Counted from the stretch's first letter, positions 1 through 12,538 are shown. The stretch: 64,000 nt of DNA from Eimeria praecox (GCA_963920595.1 OY986948.1:248001-312000), one strand, 5' to 3'. Notes: generated by a model not told the origin, from the letters alone. Numbers and translations are program-made.

Positions 1-433
1 ATTGCGTGGCCTTTAGCAGGGCCTCCACTGATGCATCCTGCAGAAGATTGCGATTTGCTGAGGGCTGCAATTGCTGCAGCGCGACCAGCAGTTGCCGCTG
101 CTGTGCAAGATGATTGAAAGAACAGGCGGTGGCGTCAAATGGACGGGGAAGTGGAAGAGACGCATCTGCTGTGCCAGGAATCTCATTCTCATCGAAAGAA
201 TACTCCCCAGACACAGGTAGACCCCTCGTCAACAGCATGAGCAGCAGCAGGAACAGCGATAGCCCCTTATGGAAGTCGAGAACATGAAGGCAAAGCTTCC
301 GTATTGCCCCAGTAGCGGCATTTGGGGGAGTGCCAGAGGCGTCGTTTGACACGCTTTCTGATGGATCACACTGGCACCCCATGGGCATGCGATCTACCCG
401 ACTCGCCAGCATTGTCAGATGGCAACACCCCAT
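1..433 (-). CDS. Partial (runs off window start) hypothetical protein, probably secreted or membrane-anchored
   Basis: Hand translation of the minus strand from ATG at 433 is stop-free to position 2: MGCCHLTMLASRVDRMPMGCQCDPSESVSNDASGTPPNAATGAIRKLCLHVLDFHKGLSLFLLLLMLLTRGLPVSGEYSFDENEIPG...LLQDASVEALLKATQ. The other two minus frames contain several stops. A hydrophobic stretch GLSLFLLLLMLL is followed by a plausible cleavage site PVSG-EY. It is missing from the ORF track because no stop lies in the window. The true start is uncertain (several ATGs, possible upstream exon). Confidence 0.6.
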   Translation of the reverse strand, partial: MGCCHLTMLASRVDRMPMGCQCDPSESVSNDASGTPPNAATGAIRKLCLHVLDFHKGLSLFLLLLMLLTRGLPVSGEYSFDENEIPGTADASLPLPRPFDATACSFNHLAQQRQLLVALQQLQPSANRNLLQDASVEALLKATQ

Positions 434-1518
434 GCACTGCAGCTACTCTTCGTGCCACAATGTTCCCCTCTGTCCTAGGGCACTGAGCCACTGTCCTATA
501 TACACAGGGGCACGTGCCTCAAAAAATGTTCAGTCTTAGCCCTGGAGGCAGGACGGTGACATGCGGAGATAACGGGAGGTAAGAATCGAAGTGGGGGGAG
601 ACAGTGAGGAGCAGAGTCCCATGCAGGCCTCTGCAAGCAGCTGAGGCTTCTATCACACAAATAAGAAATGAGTTGAATGCACACTGCAAGAGCGAGTCGC
701 GAGATCACAGGATGCGGCTGAGCGGGGGAGAGCCGACGTCCCTCTGCTGTCGTAGACCCCAGGCAGCTTGAAAACCCCGTTCTACGCATCTAGCCATGCA
801 TTAATGATACATAGGAAGCACCATGGAAAAGAACACAACGCTGAAATAATCTACACATCAGATCTAGTTCGGCCGCCAGCAAACAGTGCCGACCACAGGT
901 CCCGATCCACTGAGACGACCGATAGCAACAGTTTCGGTAATGTGGCGGGATCTCGGTACACCCAGCATATCCTACTATCCAGGGCGCACACGCCCCCTCT
1001 TTTAAACTATAGAGAACGGGAATACTTGCATTTGATGAAAAGAGAGTTTGTCCGGAGCAACTTGGGGCTAATGGAGCCGGCGGGGCCCCGCAGCCGTTGG
1101 TGGGAGTCGAAGCCGGGGGGCCCTTTGCCTTCAGCGTGGTGGCTTCTGTCCTCTCATATTCATTGTTTCCAAATACTCACCTAGATGAAATTTAATAGAG
1201 AACCAGATTACACTCTTACGATTTGGTTCCCTTAACTTCCGTCCAGTGAAACCCGCTGAATAGAAAGTCAAAAACGCCATCTGGAATTGTTCGCGCTGGC
1301 GACGGGCTTGTGCTGTTTTCTGGAGCAATGCTCTAGAAACGAACAGAATTGAAATTGAAAAAGCAAGATCCATGATGCCAGGTGCTCGTGACGCAGTCAC
1401 CTTGTTCTCTCTCCCGAAGTGACGTCTTCGGCAGGAGACGCTTCCCCGGCCTCTCTCCGTGAGCTTGGAAATCCGTGCTCTTTTGCTTGTAATAAGGATC
1501 AAGCGAAGGCGGGGAACC
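434..1518. promoter_or_regulatory. Probable shared divergent promoter / 5'UTR interval
   Basis: About 1.1 kb between head-to-head ORFs. A minus-strand GTGAGT donor-like site at 1175-1180 may mark an upstream or UTR exon. No specific promoter element was identified. Confidence 0.35.
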
Positions 1519-4129
1519 ATGGATTCTTCTGGAGCAGCCCACTGTTTTCTGTCACCCTCAATTCGGGTGCTCCATGATGTCGGTGGAGGGAGAGCAGCAG
1601 GAGTTGTTGCGACAAAATTCATAAAGGCGGGTACGCTACTAGTTCAACAGCGTGCTCCGCTTGTCTGGTCTGCTCGCATTGCCCCAGATTGCCCATGGGG
1701 TTCTGGGGGATCAGTTTCAGCGGGGCCAATGTCCAAAGCATGTACCTCCAAAGAATTGAGCACTGGCAGCAGCAATAGCTGCGCAGTCACTGCCTGCGAT
1801 GGATGTCTTTGCCCCTATGATCACAACAGCAACATTTATCCAGCAGCAGCAGGGGGAACGGGGGCCTTGGCCAAGCGGTGCAGCGCGTGTAAGGTAGTCT
1901 CCTACTGCAGTACAGATTGCCAGCGATCAGCATGGAGCCGGCACAAAAAAGAATGCGCTCTCTTCAATCGTAAGTTCAGGGGGATTGAGCTATTCATTAT
2001 CCCTAGGGGGTATTATATTACTGTAAAAGTGAGAGCTTTGTCCTGTGCGGTGTGGCGAAGACCCCCTTCGCCCCCCCACCCTTTCCTAGTGCGCACATGC
2101 ACTGCTTCATTAGATTATGGTTATGCTGTTGCGGATGGTTTCAGATGTGAGGAAGGCTTCAGGAGGAAGAGGCCCAAATCTGACGCAACGGCTGGTGTTG
2201 CGGCTCTTGCTTAACGGCCATTCCATAGATGAGTTTTCCGGCGGGCATTCTGCAGCAGCAGCAGCAAGTCAAGGAGCAGAGACAGAAGGAGTTTCAGCTG
2301 CCAGTGGTGCGCTCAGTGCTAGATCCCACTGCGAATGCAGCAGTAAGGAACACTGCCCCGGCTCTTCTGGTCTTTCTGACCACCTGAATGCATGCGAAGC
2401 ATCGGCTGCCCTTCTGGAAGGGCTGCTGCGCTCAGCTGAGGCACAGGAGGGAGGCCTGCTGTCATTGGGTCTGCCTGCGCTGCCTAGGCCCGGCGAAATA
2501 GCAATGCTGCTGGACCGCCTCTCTGCAAATGTGCACTCTATAACGAATTCTGGGGTTTCTGGAGCTAAGGGGGTCTCGGGGGACCCTCCCTCAAATGCCT
2601 GCCCTTGCTGCGACCTCGGGAAGGAAGTGGCAGTTGGGCTTTATGGCCAACCACTCTGCCGATTCAACCATTCTTGCTTTCCCAATGCTGCTGTTGTGTT
2701 TGGGGGCCCGCAAGGGCCGTTGGAAATAGCTGTCGTTGCCTCTCGGTCTATTATGTGCGGCGAGGAGGTCTGCATTTCTTACGTCTCCCCCGCCGCCTTG
2801 CGACAGGAGAGGAGGAATAAACTGTATCTTGCATACGCATTCACTTGTACATGCGTACTTTGTTGCTCGTGCGGCGATAGCACGCGCAGCAGCAGCACTG
2901 CCATCGATCATGAGGACAGCAGCTGCACCGGCAACAGCAGGAGCAACAAGAGCAAGACAACAAGGAGGCATCCGCCTTGTTCCATTTCCTTCTCCCCAGC
3001 AGAGGCGTTTGATTTGCAGCTCTGTGGTATCTTTTGTCCTAAGGCCTCGTGCGTTTCTCAACGGAATACGGCAGCGGCAGATGTTCTTCTCGACTTAGAA
3101 AATGCTAACAAGGAATACCTTGACAGTTTGTGTCATCATGGAGAAGCAGCCCGTAAGGACGTCTCCGGTAATCTTGACAGCACCCGTGTACACACAACGG
3201 ACCCTAGGGGACCCGAAAGGGCCGCCCGCCTTCGGCGGCTGCAGCTGCCGGTGCTCTGCATGCACAGACCAGGGGAGAGCATATGGGAGCCGGTGCAACT
3301 TTTTACAGGCGATACAAAGCCACAAAATCCTCCAAAACAGGGTCCTCCAACTCAGCGATACACCACCATGAGACTTGTTCCAGAAGAACTGGGACGATTG
3401 GCATCATGCAATGGGCTCATGGCAGCGGCTCCTACTTTACCCGACATTCGATGCTGTGCCTGCGGTGGCACGTACGAGCTAGGAGAGGTTGTGCGCGTAG
3501 TGGAGCTTATGAGGAAATTGGAGGAAAGTGCTCAGCGCCTGTCTCAAGCTTGTTGCAAGGAAGATAGCGAAGCAATTCAGCTGGAGGGGAGGGAAGTTCT
3601 CAAGTTGTTTTCTGCAGTTCGGGCGTATGCACATCCCGGAAACTTGTCCCTCCTGAGCATCGCAGAGAGCCTCAACCGTTCGTGCAGGGGCTTGGCTGCC
3701 CTCTACAATGGTGTCGGGCTAACCATCTCTCAGCATCTTTCCCGCGCTGCTGCAGCACTGCATGGCCGGTGCAGCACCCAGCATGCAGACCACCTGGTCA
3801 CTGAAGGTTCCCTCCTGCACTTTCTGTCCCAAGCAGACACGGAAGAGGAGGCTGTACAGGCCTGGTCGCTATGGACCGAGGGAGATTCTTCAATGGAAGC
3901 AACCGGAGGTGCAGCAGGGTCTGCAGCCGGTGGGAACACATTCGAGTATGAGATATGCTCTGAAACGAGAGCCAAGCTGGCTCTTCAGGCCCGCGAGTGT
4001 CTGCTGCAGGCATGTAGCATCTTTTTTTCGTATGAAGGCTGCTCCACAGAGAGACAAAAGGGTCGAGTTGCTGAGGGACGGATTGCTGACTGTGAAAGGG
4101 AGCTGCAAGCCTTAGGGTTTCCTTCATAG
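1519..4129 (+). CDS. SET and MYND zinc-finger domain protein (SMYD-family lysine methyltransferase), two exons join(1519..1969,2145..4129), 811 aa
   Basis: Exon 1 has the SET N-terminal motif GGGRAAGVVATKFIKAGTLL and a MYND finger CDGC...CSACKVVSYCSTDCQRSAWSRHKKEC. Exon 2 has the SET signature RFNHSCFPNA, GEEVCISY, post-SET YAFTCTCVLC, and a helical C-terminal region. A GTAAGT donor at 1970 and TTTCAG acceptor ending at 2144 join the two track ORFs (1459..2214 and 2117..4129) in frame (phase 1, C+AT = His). Confidence 0.92.
1970..2144 (+). other. 175-nt spliceosomal GT-AG intron of the SMYD gene
   Basis: Sequence c|gtaagtt...gtttcag|atgtg. Removal restores a single frame linking the MYND finger to the SET C-terminal half. 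Confidence 0.85.
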
Positions 4130-6425
4130 TGAAGGGGACACAACTCCCTCCTTAGTTACTTTAGTATGGAAACAGCCCTTTTTACTTGTGATGCATTTTT
4201 ATGTCGACCACGGCTCTGCTCTGCTGTTACGCTGCCTCACTTAAATCGTTCATGAATGAACAGTGAAGTACAAGCTGGCCCAGGATACAACACGAATGGC
4301 CACACCTCACTCTCACAGTGCGTAAAAAAGGGGTAGTGCGTGATGAGGTCTTAGAATATTTGACTGACTATCCGGTAATGCCCTGGTCCCCTCCATCTCC
4401 CCGTCGGCCTACAGTAAAGACAGGCTTTGCCGCTTACCAATAGAGCAAAGAACTTAAAAAATATTAGGCAGCGTTGGCGCATCTAATGAAAATTTTGGCC
4501 GTCTGGGTTGGAATGACAACGACTCAGGCTTGTTGAACAGGCTCTACAAAGGCGTGTGGCCTCTGCTATCCGCACAAATAGCGGACTGTGGTCCTGGCAT
4601 GCCACCCCAACTACGCTGCCTGTTTTTATGAATTCATTTGGCTTGATCTTAAGATGCCAGTATTCTGCTGTACCCTAAATTACATGAGTCAATGCGTACA
4701 ACACCAACCCGTGGAACTGGTTTCTCTCCATGTAGGCGAAATGGACAAGCAGCATGCCTCCTCCATGGGAACCGAGGGAGGCGTCGAGACTCCACAGGCT
4801 GCCTCTCTAGGTCAGAATACACGTGACTGCTGTAATCCGTCGGGACGTTTCTTTGTAGATAGATCATGGTAAAGCGAAACCCTTTCCTCGTAGTTCCTTC
4901 TTTATTTCTACGATAGGCACAGGTTAGTTAACCGCTTGAGTATTTCCCTACTTCGGAACCTTCTTCAACCAACGATAAAATGAGGTGTAAAGGTTGGGAG
5001 CGTACTGTGTACGCTTAACGTACATGTAATCAAGGCATATATCAACCCTGAACAGTCCACACAAGCATTAAACCTAAGCCATAAGCAAACTCTAAGAGAA
5101 ACTTCAACTCGTGGAGCCGTAAGCCTTTACAGATGCTGTTAGCACATTATCGACACTACCAACTGTGATGTCGTAATGCTCGATAATGTTGTTGAGCTCT
5201 GGAATACTGCTGCTTGCCATTCCTTTCGTCTTGGAACGGTCAATGCTGCAAATGAAAGTGAGGAGGCGGTGAGCCAGCACAGTGCTGAGCACAGTCGGGA
5301 TCCTGAGTGTTAAAGGACAGCAGAAGCCTAATAACACAAGCCTTTGCACTTCACATGCAGCCATATCTAGCTAAAAGAAGCACCGTCAAACCTGCCTATA
5401 TGAACGCAGCCTCGAGCATGTCGGAAACCTAAGGAGTGCGATCAGGGCTTGGAAAGCAAACGGCGCCATCACCAAAAAACAGACACAGCAGCGGACAACA
5501 CCATCATCAGCACACGCATTTCTAACCGAATCCAGCCGATCCCATTCTCCATGATTCAATGCCGCCTCCGTCATTTGCCGCCGCCATCGCCCCTGCCGAT
5601 TGTGTCCTCTTCCTTCCTAAGGCCATTTCCACGACTTCTTTGCCCTGTGTAAGCCTTCCCTATCTACTCCTCTCCAGAAACTAGTACCCGCCTCCTTGTT
5701 CTCTTGGCAATTTACAGAGCTATATCTAGCCCTAAGTGGGCAGGCACACGACGCTCACAAACGGAAGAGCCTCCAGCTGAAACCCGCACCAGCAAGGACT
5801 CTCCAGTACCACTACATCCTAAAAAGGGCAGTCACAAGCATAACAACGAATTCTCAGTTCTAGAAATTCGAGGGCATGTGCACGGCCCTGATGCATACCG
5901 AGCATCAGCGGACAGCCCCATCAGCGTACGCGTTAACAAACTGGCAACTCGTGGTGGTTTTCTCACAGCTGCCGGATATGATTGCTCATATTTACATGCT
6001 CAGGATTGGCAAAAGTGCAATATTTGTACAAGAAGAGAGCACGTTTCGCTCAATGAGTAGCATTTCACTAGTATTTTCTCCAGTCAAAGGCAAAGCGTGC
6101 AATGCGGGTGGCGGCGTTGTTGGCATCAGGTTGCGTAGAGTGAGGAGCCATGCGAGGCTTTGGCCTAGCTTGTCTAGGTTGGAATTTTGTTAACTTGTAA
6201 GCGAAATATTTTTAAATAAGGTGTAATACTTGCGCATGAAAACCGTCAATGTTTCGCCGGTTAGGCGGAATTTACAACGAGTGGATTGTTTGTGTAATGA
6301 ATGTAGCATGGACTGCGTGCACGTATCCTTACGGGCTCGCCGGCTGATTACGGAGGATCAAGTAAGTGTTTAAAGACAGTAAACACTGCAGTCTTCAATG
6401 CAAACGCATGCATCACAGAGCCACT

Positions 6426-6505
6426 GGCTATGCGTGCGTCCAGGGCTGTCTTGCAGGCTATGCGTGCATCCAAGGCTATCTTGCAGCGCTAGCTCCAAGA
6501 TAGCC
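6426..6505. repeat. 30-bp tandem duplication overlapping a 14-bp-arm hairpin
   Basis: ggctatgcgtgcgtccagggctgtcttgca / ggctatgcgtgcatccaaggctatcttgca. Hairpin ggctatcttgcagc-gcta-gctccaagatagcc at 6474-6505 (one mismatch). Confidence 0.8.
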
Positions 6506-7200
6506 AGGGAGTTGCGTCACAACCCATTGCAGGTGGTCCCTTTTCCCTACCAGCCCATGCCTTGCGACGAGTGTGCCCAAAGCACAGTCAAGCTGGAGGG
6601 GGGAACAGTTGCTTTGTGCGAAACTTTTCCTGTTGTGTTTTATTTTATTGCTGCTAATTATGGACCTCGGCTAAGGTTGAGGACTGGCTACGTTTGATAG
6701 CACCGCGTGGCTTATCTGGGTAGATCCGAGCAACGAGCCTCGGCCCCCCCGCCCCACCACCACCACCAGCGAAGCTTAACATGTAGCAATAGCTGATGCT
6801 ACAGAAAAAGCATGTTCGAAAAGGCCCGTTAACTTTTTTTTCGAAAATTTAAACGAAGCCTCAGCCTTTTCCTCTGGCACAATGGATATTGTAAATGATA
6901 CCGCTTTCTATGGGAAAGCAACCCACGGGCGGAGCCTATCCGAGCAGAGACAAGCTTAATTTCAGCATCCTATCGGAATGAAAGTGCACTTTCACCAAGA
7001 ACAATTCATGGAGAATGCCTCCGTCGTTGCCGGCAATCCAGCTATGACGGGAGCCGAGGTACCGAAGGGGAATCCCTTGTTTCCCTCGGCCTATATATTT
7101 GTCTTAAAAAGTGAATGGAAGATCTACAGTCGGTATTTGCATCTTCTCCATTAGAAAGCGGCCCATAGCAATGGCCGTTGCAGCTAAGCAAAGGTTCCGT

Positions 7201-7612
7201 TTTCCCCTAGCGCATCAGGATCATTCAAGCCTTCTAAATGCTTTGCAGTGTAGGTTTACACCCAGTTCCGCAAAGAAACAGGCAGTGGCATTGCCCTACA
7301 GTGTGAGCATGCACTCAACGTGAAGATAACACCATACTATCAATGCTGGTTTCCTCAACCCAAATTCCAGCGAACTCTCTGCACAATATTGCAACATAGT
7401 CAGAGCCAGATGGAACAGCTGCAGAAGATTGAGATCTTGGACGAGCGTGGATCCACTTGCAGGAACCATAACAAATGTGAATTTTAAAGTTAAATGGCCC
7501 TGGGGACGAGAACCCGAGTAGGGATTTGAGGACCACTTGCGCACAGCAGTGCCTCAAGATCGCCTATGCGCCTTCCTCCATTCAGGGACAGAGACCGTCA
7601 GTGTGTGCGTGT
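7201..7612 (+). mobile_element. Decayed Ty3/gypsy (chromovirus-like) integrase C-terminus: GPY/F region plus chromodomain, copy A
   Basis: Reading through stops and frameshifts gives ALQCRF...VALPYSVSMHST*R*HHTINAGFLNP, which resembles the AYxLxLPxxWRIHPxFxVSxLKP segment. It then gives EPDG...EILDERGSTCRNHNKCEFKVKWPWGREPE*GFEDHLR...LCAF, matching the chromodomain pattern ILDxR...xVKW...W..E.L. DNA-homologous to 9263-9520. Confidence 0.6.
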
Positions 7613-7880
7613 GAAGCGTTGCTCGAATGTGCATTTCAATTTACCTTTCAATGGATGTTGCAGAGCGGAGTGTGAAGGCATGCTCGTATTTTATGAGTAT
7701 AAAATATGAGCATATTTTCGCTCGAATGTTCAAATTAATTTCCCTTGATGATATACGTTACCCTGTGGGTATCTAGTTAGCCCAGCGCCTCCGCCGCCTA
7801 CAATTTTAATTTTCACAAGCTTTGGGGCTGCCTCCCCCTTGTACTTAGCATTAGTGGGCTCCTCCCGAGAAGCCGAACTC

Positions 7881-7892
7881 TGGTACCAGACT
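7881..7892 (+). other. Primer-binding-site-like motif (initiator tRNA-Met type)
   Basis: tggtaccagact is a 10/12 match to TGGTATCAGAGC and lies between the two integrase remnants. It is short and could be chance. Confidence 0.25.
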
Positions 7893-9254
7893 CTTCCACT
7901 CAACGTGCCTTCAGGTGCTCGTAAACAGCAGAATTACTCTACCAAACTAGTGGTTACGCGACTACCCAATCCCGTTGCTGCAAGCAGCAAATCAGCAGGG
8001 CCAGCCCCACAGTAAAGCGACGTCTTCCTGGATGCCGGTGAGTTTTTTCTTGTTATGTTTCGTCGTCTTTATCTTCTTCTCTCTAGTGGACTCCTAGACA
8101 CACGAGGACGTGTGCTGACTGAGGGCGAGGGGAGGTAGCAGATCCACCATGCTCTGCGTGATGCTGGCATTCACATCCTTACTGGGTCGCAGGCGCGCTA
8201 CGAAGGATGGCGTATGTGCTCAAGGACAAAATACACCGCAGTCTACAGTGTTCCCGCAGAAAGCAAAAGCGCATGGTTGCGCATCTCAATACTGCTGCCT
8301 TGCTGCACTAGCTGCAGCAAGGTGTGCTGCAGCAAGGTGTGCTGCAGCCGACAGGCCCGTCTGCTTATCACCTCCATTCGCTTGCGCAGCGGTGCCCAGG
8401 GTGCCTGAAGGCTGGAGGGAAGGTCATCTGCTTTTTACGTGCCCTTTCTCCATTTTTTGACTCCGTTGCAGGCCACGGCAGCCCTTGAGAAGGACTGAGG
8501 ATTCTCATTAGATTCACAGCATAACAATTCGTTACGCCAGGCCTCGCACCTGTGGCCTTTTTGGGTTCGCAGCCTGCGCCTGCTCCTTGTCAGCGATACC
8601 GGGTTACCCGATGTGGCATTTGTCGTGTGCTTGCCTAAGACCTCCAGGGACTGCAACAGAGTCAAAAACTACGGGCTTCTACAGAAGGCAGCTGGCCTGT
8701 CTTGTGTGCAGGCGACCTGCACACAGCAGCACTGGAGCTAGCGCAGGAAGGAAGATCGACCCCATAAATGCAGCACTTCCAGCTCCAACACGAACTGCAA
8801 CGTCGTCTGCAATGCCTGCTGCAAGGCAACCCACCTGCAAGCATATGCATGCAACCCTCCAGTTGATGCAGTAGCACCGTAGACAATAGTTGAACTTAAT
8901 TAGCTTCCAGCCACGAACGTAAACACATGTACGAGCACATGCAATTACTTCTAAGAGACTCTCCAATATATAGAGCCAGTGCGAAGGCGGTTAGTCACGA
9001 TAGTTGGAGCCGGCGGTCGAAGTATGCCCCCAAGTGGTAACTCCTAACGGACTCGCCCTTGGATGCGCTTATAAATACTCTGGCATCTGTGATTACCCCT
9101 TGGGAAGAGTTGACAAGAATTTGCCGGTGGAAGAATGCTACTGAAATACTGCATGTTACAAGTTTGCGACGGCGATTGTATACAGCAGGGTATTCAAGGA
9201 GAGAGATCCTAACCTTAATGTGTTATTACGTGGTAAAATGGAGCTGTTCGTTTT

Positions 9255-9586
9255 CCGGTAAAGGCGTTAGCTTATATCGTCGACTTAACACCAGTGTGGA
9301 GGCCCCCCAAACCATTATTGCTGGCTTTCCTGAACGGCACACAGAATCATCGAAATTCCAATTTCTCCAAATCTTCCCCACAACAAGGCAGAAACATCCT
9401 TGCGCTAAGGAAGCAGTGAAGGAGAGTGAGATCCTAGAATCACGTGTACCGAGCAACAGACTCGGCAGAAAACGTGTACGGAGACCGACGGACGAGTGGA
9501 TTTCTAAGGATCCCCTCAAGCAAGTAACTCGTGGGCGTGCGCGGCACGGATTAAAGTTGGGCCACTTACAAAGCTTGGGGGGCGAT
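9255..9586 (+). mobile_element. Decayed Ty3/gypsy (chromovirus-like) integrase C-terminus, copy B, followed by a PPT-like G run
   Basis: An alternative frame gives PVKALAYIVDLTPVWR(fs)QTIIAGF(fs)LN, then KESEILESR...DEWISKDPLK. It aligns to copy A at DNA level (ggcgttagcttatatcgtcgacttaacaccagtgtggagg vs ggcattgccctacagtgtgagcatgcactcaacgtgaaga; gagatcctagaatcacgtg vs gagatcttggacgagcgtg). It ends aagcttggggggcgat|TG at 9587, resembling a PPT/LTR junction. Confidence 0.6.
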
Positions 9587-12538
9587 TGTTCCGTTGCTTT
9601 TCTAGAAGGTTGTATACCTTTCTATCTCTTTCCACCGAAGTAGCACCTACTTTCCGTGGTGGTTAGCTCCCCTTCCTCGGCCTGCGGCTAACGTGGCCAA
9701 TGAAGACAACATTTCCATGTTTTTGACATTTGCGGGCTAAGCGCCACCCTTTGAGCCTTTGCTTAGGCTGGTGTACCTGCATAAACAAAACGGCTCCTAG
9801 CCCAAGCGCGTGGCAAAAGTGCGCCAAAACGAAGTGTGGCAGATGCCGGTTACCCCAAGGCCATGCGACCAACAGGAATGCCAATGACAGCTTCCTGTCC
9901 AGAAGCAGCAGAATCAATAGCAATCCGCATCTGTAAATGCGACTTTACACGGACAGACCCCCACTCCTATCCCAAGAAGTGGGGTTTTGGCGTTCTGGAA
10001 CACCAGCAGCGGCAACAAGAGCAGTAGCATCAACACCAAAAGCATCAACAAAACTAGCACCAAAGACCAACACTAACTGCTTCAGCAGTCCGGGAGCAGC
10101 ACGATGCGGAGGAAGACAGGCGTGCTCTAGAGCTCAGCGGGCCAGGGCTCCCCGACTCTCTGATGCTCCGCTACAGTTTCTGGCACAGGAACTAGGGTTT
10201 GCCTCTGTTGCTGTTGTTGTAAGAACGCCGGCAGGAGCAATAGAGCAAGCGCAGCAAAAGGACCCCTAGGGACCAAACAGCGACCCGACCAGAGCCTACA
10301 AAGGAGCCTACGAAGGAGCTTCTGCTGCTGCTGCAAGAGTTCCAGAGCCGCATGAAACCGCAACAGTGGAGGACTGTCGCGAGCTGCAATAGATTAATGC
10401 TCCCGAAGGGCAAGTGGCCCACCCTCTAGGCTCCAAGCATAACGAGAATTCTCCATATTAGCCAAGGAACTTCGCGAGACGAAACAGATTTAAAGACTTC
10501 AGACAGAGTTGGCAAACAGCAGCTGTAAGTCCCCTCCAGTGTCCAGGATTCCTGGCCACAGATGCGTTAAGGGTATGGGCTGGTGCGGAGACCGGTGGGC
10601 CTGTTATAGGCTGCAACGCAGCCTGCAGAAGCTAGTGCTTCAAGGCAATCCCGCATTCATGCACAACCATACGATAACATTGCAAATTGTATTGTGGACA
10701 ACCGGCCAACACGTACTAGGCCCTCCAAAGTCAACTTGCGAGTAAGTATAGATAAGAGTAGCAGCATCATGCATATCATGCTACACTTGAGCTTCTGAAG
10801 CCAATAAGCTAGGCTTTAACTATATTGCGGCTCGCGATAGCCATCAGCTACGCCCGATGACCCTCGATACAGGTGCGCCGATTTGCACAGGAGGCCTGGC
10901 AACTGGAGGGAAGGCAAGCTCCTTTTGGGATACTCTTATCTTGGGTATAGGGCACATTCAGTAGCTGACGATGATCCGTGCTTGAGGTCAAGGACAAGTT
11001 CTGGAACAGGGGGCCACACGCTCGACTTGCGGCATCTCGATAATGCAAAGGAGGGCAGAGACTGGCAAGTTGCCACCCGAGGAAGAAGCTGGCCATTAAG
11101 CAGGATCTGTGGCTCAAAATATATGATATGCCTGTCAATTGAGAAATGAGTAGCGTACCGGTTGGATTCGTGAGCTCGAACCAACACAGCAGGGCTGCTG
11201 CGTTCTCTTAACACCTACCCGTGCTGTCTTCTTCAAGCCCCCAGGTTGCCTGCAAGTTTCAACAGTCCCTTCGCATTATTAATGCGCTCATTCAGACAGT
11301 TTCCCCATGTAATGGTGGCACGAGCCTTTCCAACCCGGCAGACACCTGTTTTTTTGCAATTCCAGTCCGCCTCTTCTCGTTGCTACCGCCAGACTCCGTG
11401 CATTGAATCCCGGGAGCAGTCTGAGGTTGGCTTTACTCTCTTTTAATATTTTTCAAATTCACAGCGATCTTTTGATTTCTTAGCTCTTCCAAATGCAACG
11501 CGTTGCCTAGATGATAGTCATCCCTGAATAGAAATTTGGGGGTGAAAGGGGGACCCTGTCTCAGTGGAGGCTCATTGTACAGACTGCGAACAGCGTCTCG
11601 TGCCTTGTCTTGGAGCTTAGGATAATTGAGACAGTTCTTTTCTCCTGCTTCCTGCACTTGGTTGAGAAGACAGCGTCCTCTCTGACGATCCCATGGGCCG
11701 CTTGGGGTGTCAAGGTCTTGCTTTTCCTAGGGCTTGACTCTACAGTGCACCAATGAAGCTGCATAGTGTCTGTGATGGGCCTTAGTCGCAGCTGGGCAGG
11801 GAGAACTGCCTCTTGCTCCTGAATATGGGTAGATATCTGCCGCCAATATCAATTTCTTCGACGCGCTTGACGGCACCGCCACAGACCTACTTCGAGCAGG
11901 CCAAGGGCGTCTTGCTGCTTTCCGTTGAGAAGCCAATGGGAAATGACACAGCTTTACATTTTCTTAGCAGATCGACCCTGGTTAAGACGATTGCGCCCTA
12001 CGCTTCTCCCATTATGGCGGTTTGTGTCTTGTTGGTCGTAGAAGCGGTGGCCTTCTCCATTATGCGGTGTTTCAAGACACTCAGCTCCCACAAGAATAAA
12101 CCTGGCTATAGATTAATTCTACGACGGCTTGCAGAGGGCGGCGAAGACCCTTGCGTTGTAAGTTGCTGCTAATCGAACGACAGAGCGACTGGCAGCGTAT
12201 CACGCAGTAGGCAGCCGGCAAGTTCTGATGCTGAAAGAATAGTAGCACCACCATGAAGCTCCTTTCGGCTTTCCGTCTGATCAGGAGATAATGCTTCGCT
12301 CTTGAGCGCGTTCTGGGAAAGATCCGTCGCGCCCCTTAGAAAGCAATGTCTTGCATACACTCCACCAGACACATGCTCTAAAAGTGCACGTTGTACTCCA
12401 AATGCCTGCCCAGATGGATTTACAAAGTAAATCTGTAGTCGCTGCATGCTGTGTGGCTGCTGCAATACGTGCTCATGAGATAAAGGAGCAATAATTCCGC
12501 AAATGTTGAATCTGTCATGCCAACGGGGATGTTTTTAG

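Noticed and set aside
1459..2214. Track ORFs 1459..2214 and 2117..4129 as two separate genes
   Set aside because: They are two exons of one SMYD gene joined across the 1970-2144 intron.
5104..5420. Possible minus-strand terminal exon (tttgcag|cattgaccgt..., IDRSKTKGMASSSIPELNNIIEHYDITV)
   Set aside because: The acceptor looks plausible, but I could not build an upstream exon chain or recognise the peptide.
6660..6842. Small stems followed by a T-run, as in a Pol III ncRNA
   Set aside because: No tRNA cloverleaf, A/B box or snRNA signature could be recognised. An Infernal/Rfam scan would be needed.
9059..9643. 194-aa ORF as an intact gene
   Set aside because: The integrase-like motifs switch frames within it, so it is better explained as a decayed retroelement fragment.
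10820..12465. Possible minus-strand pseudogene linking same-frame ORFs 12169..12465 and 10936..11214
   Set aside because: About 15 in-frame stops and no recognisable domain. Not distinguishable from background by eye.
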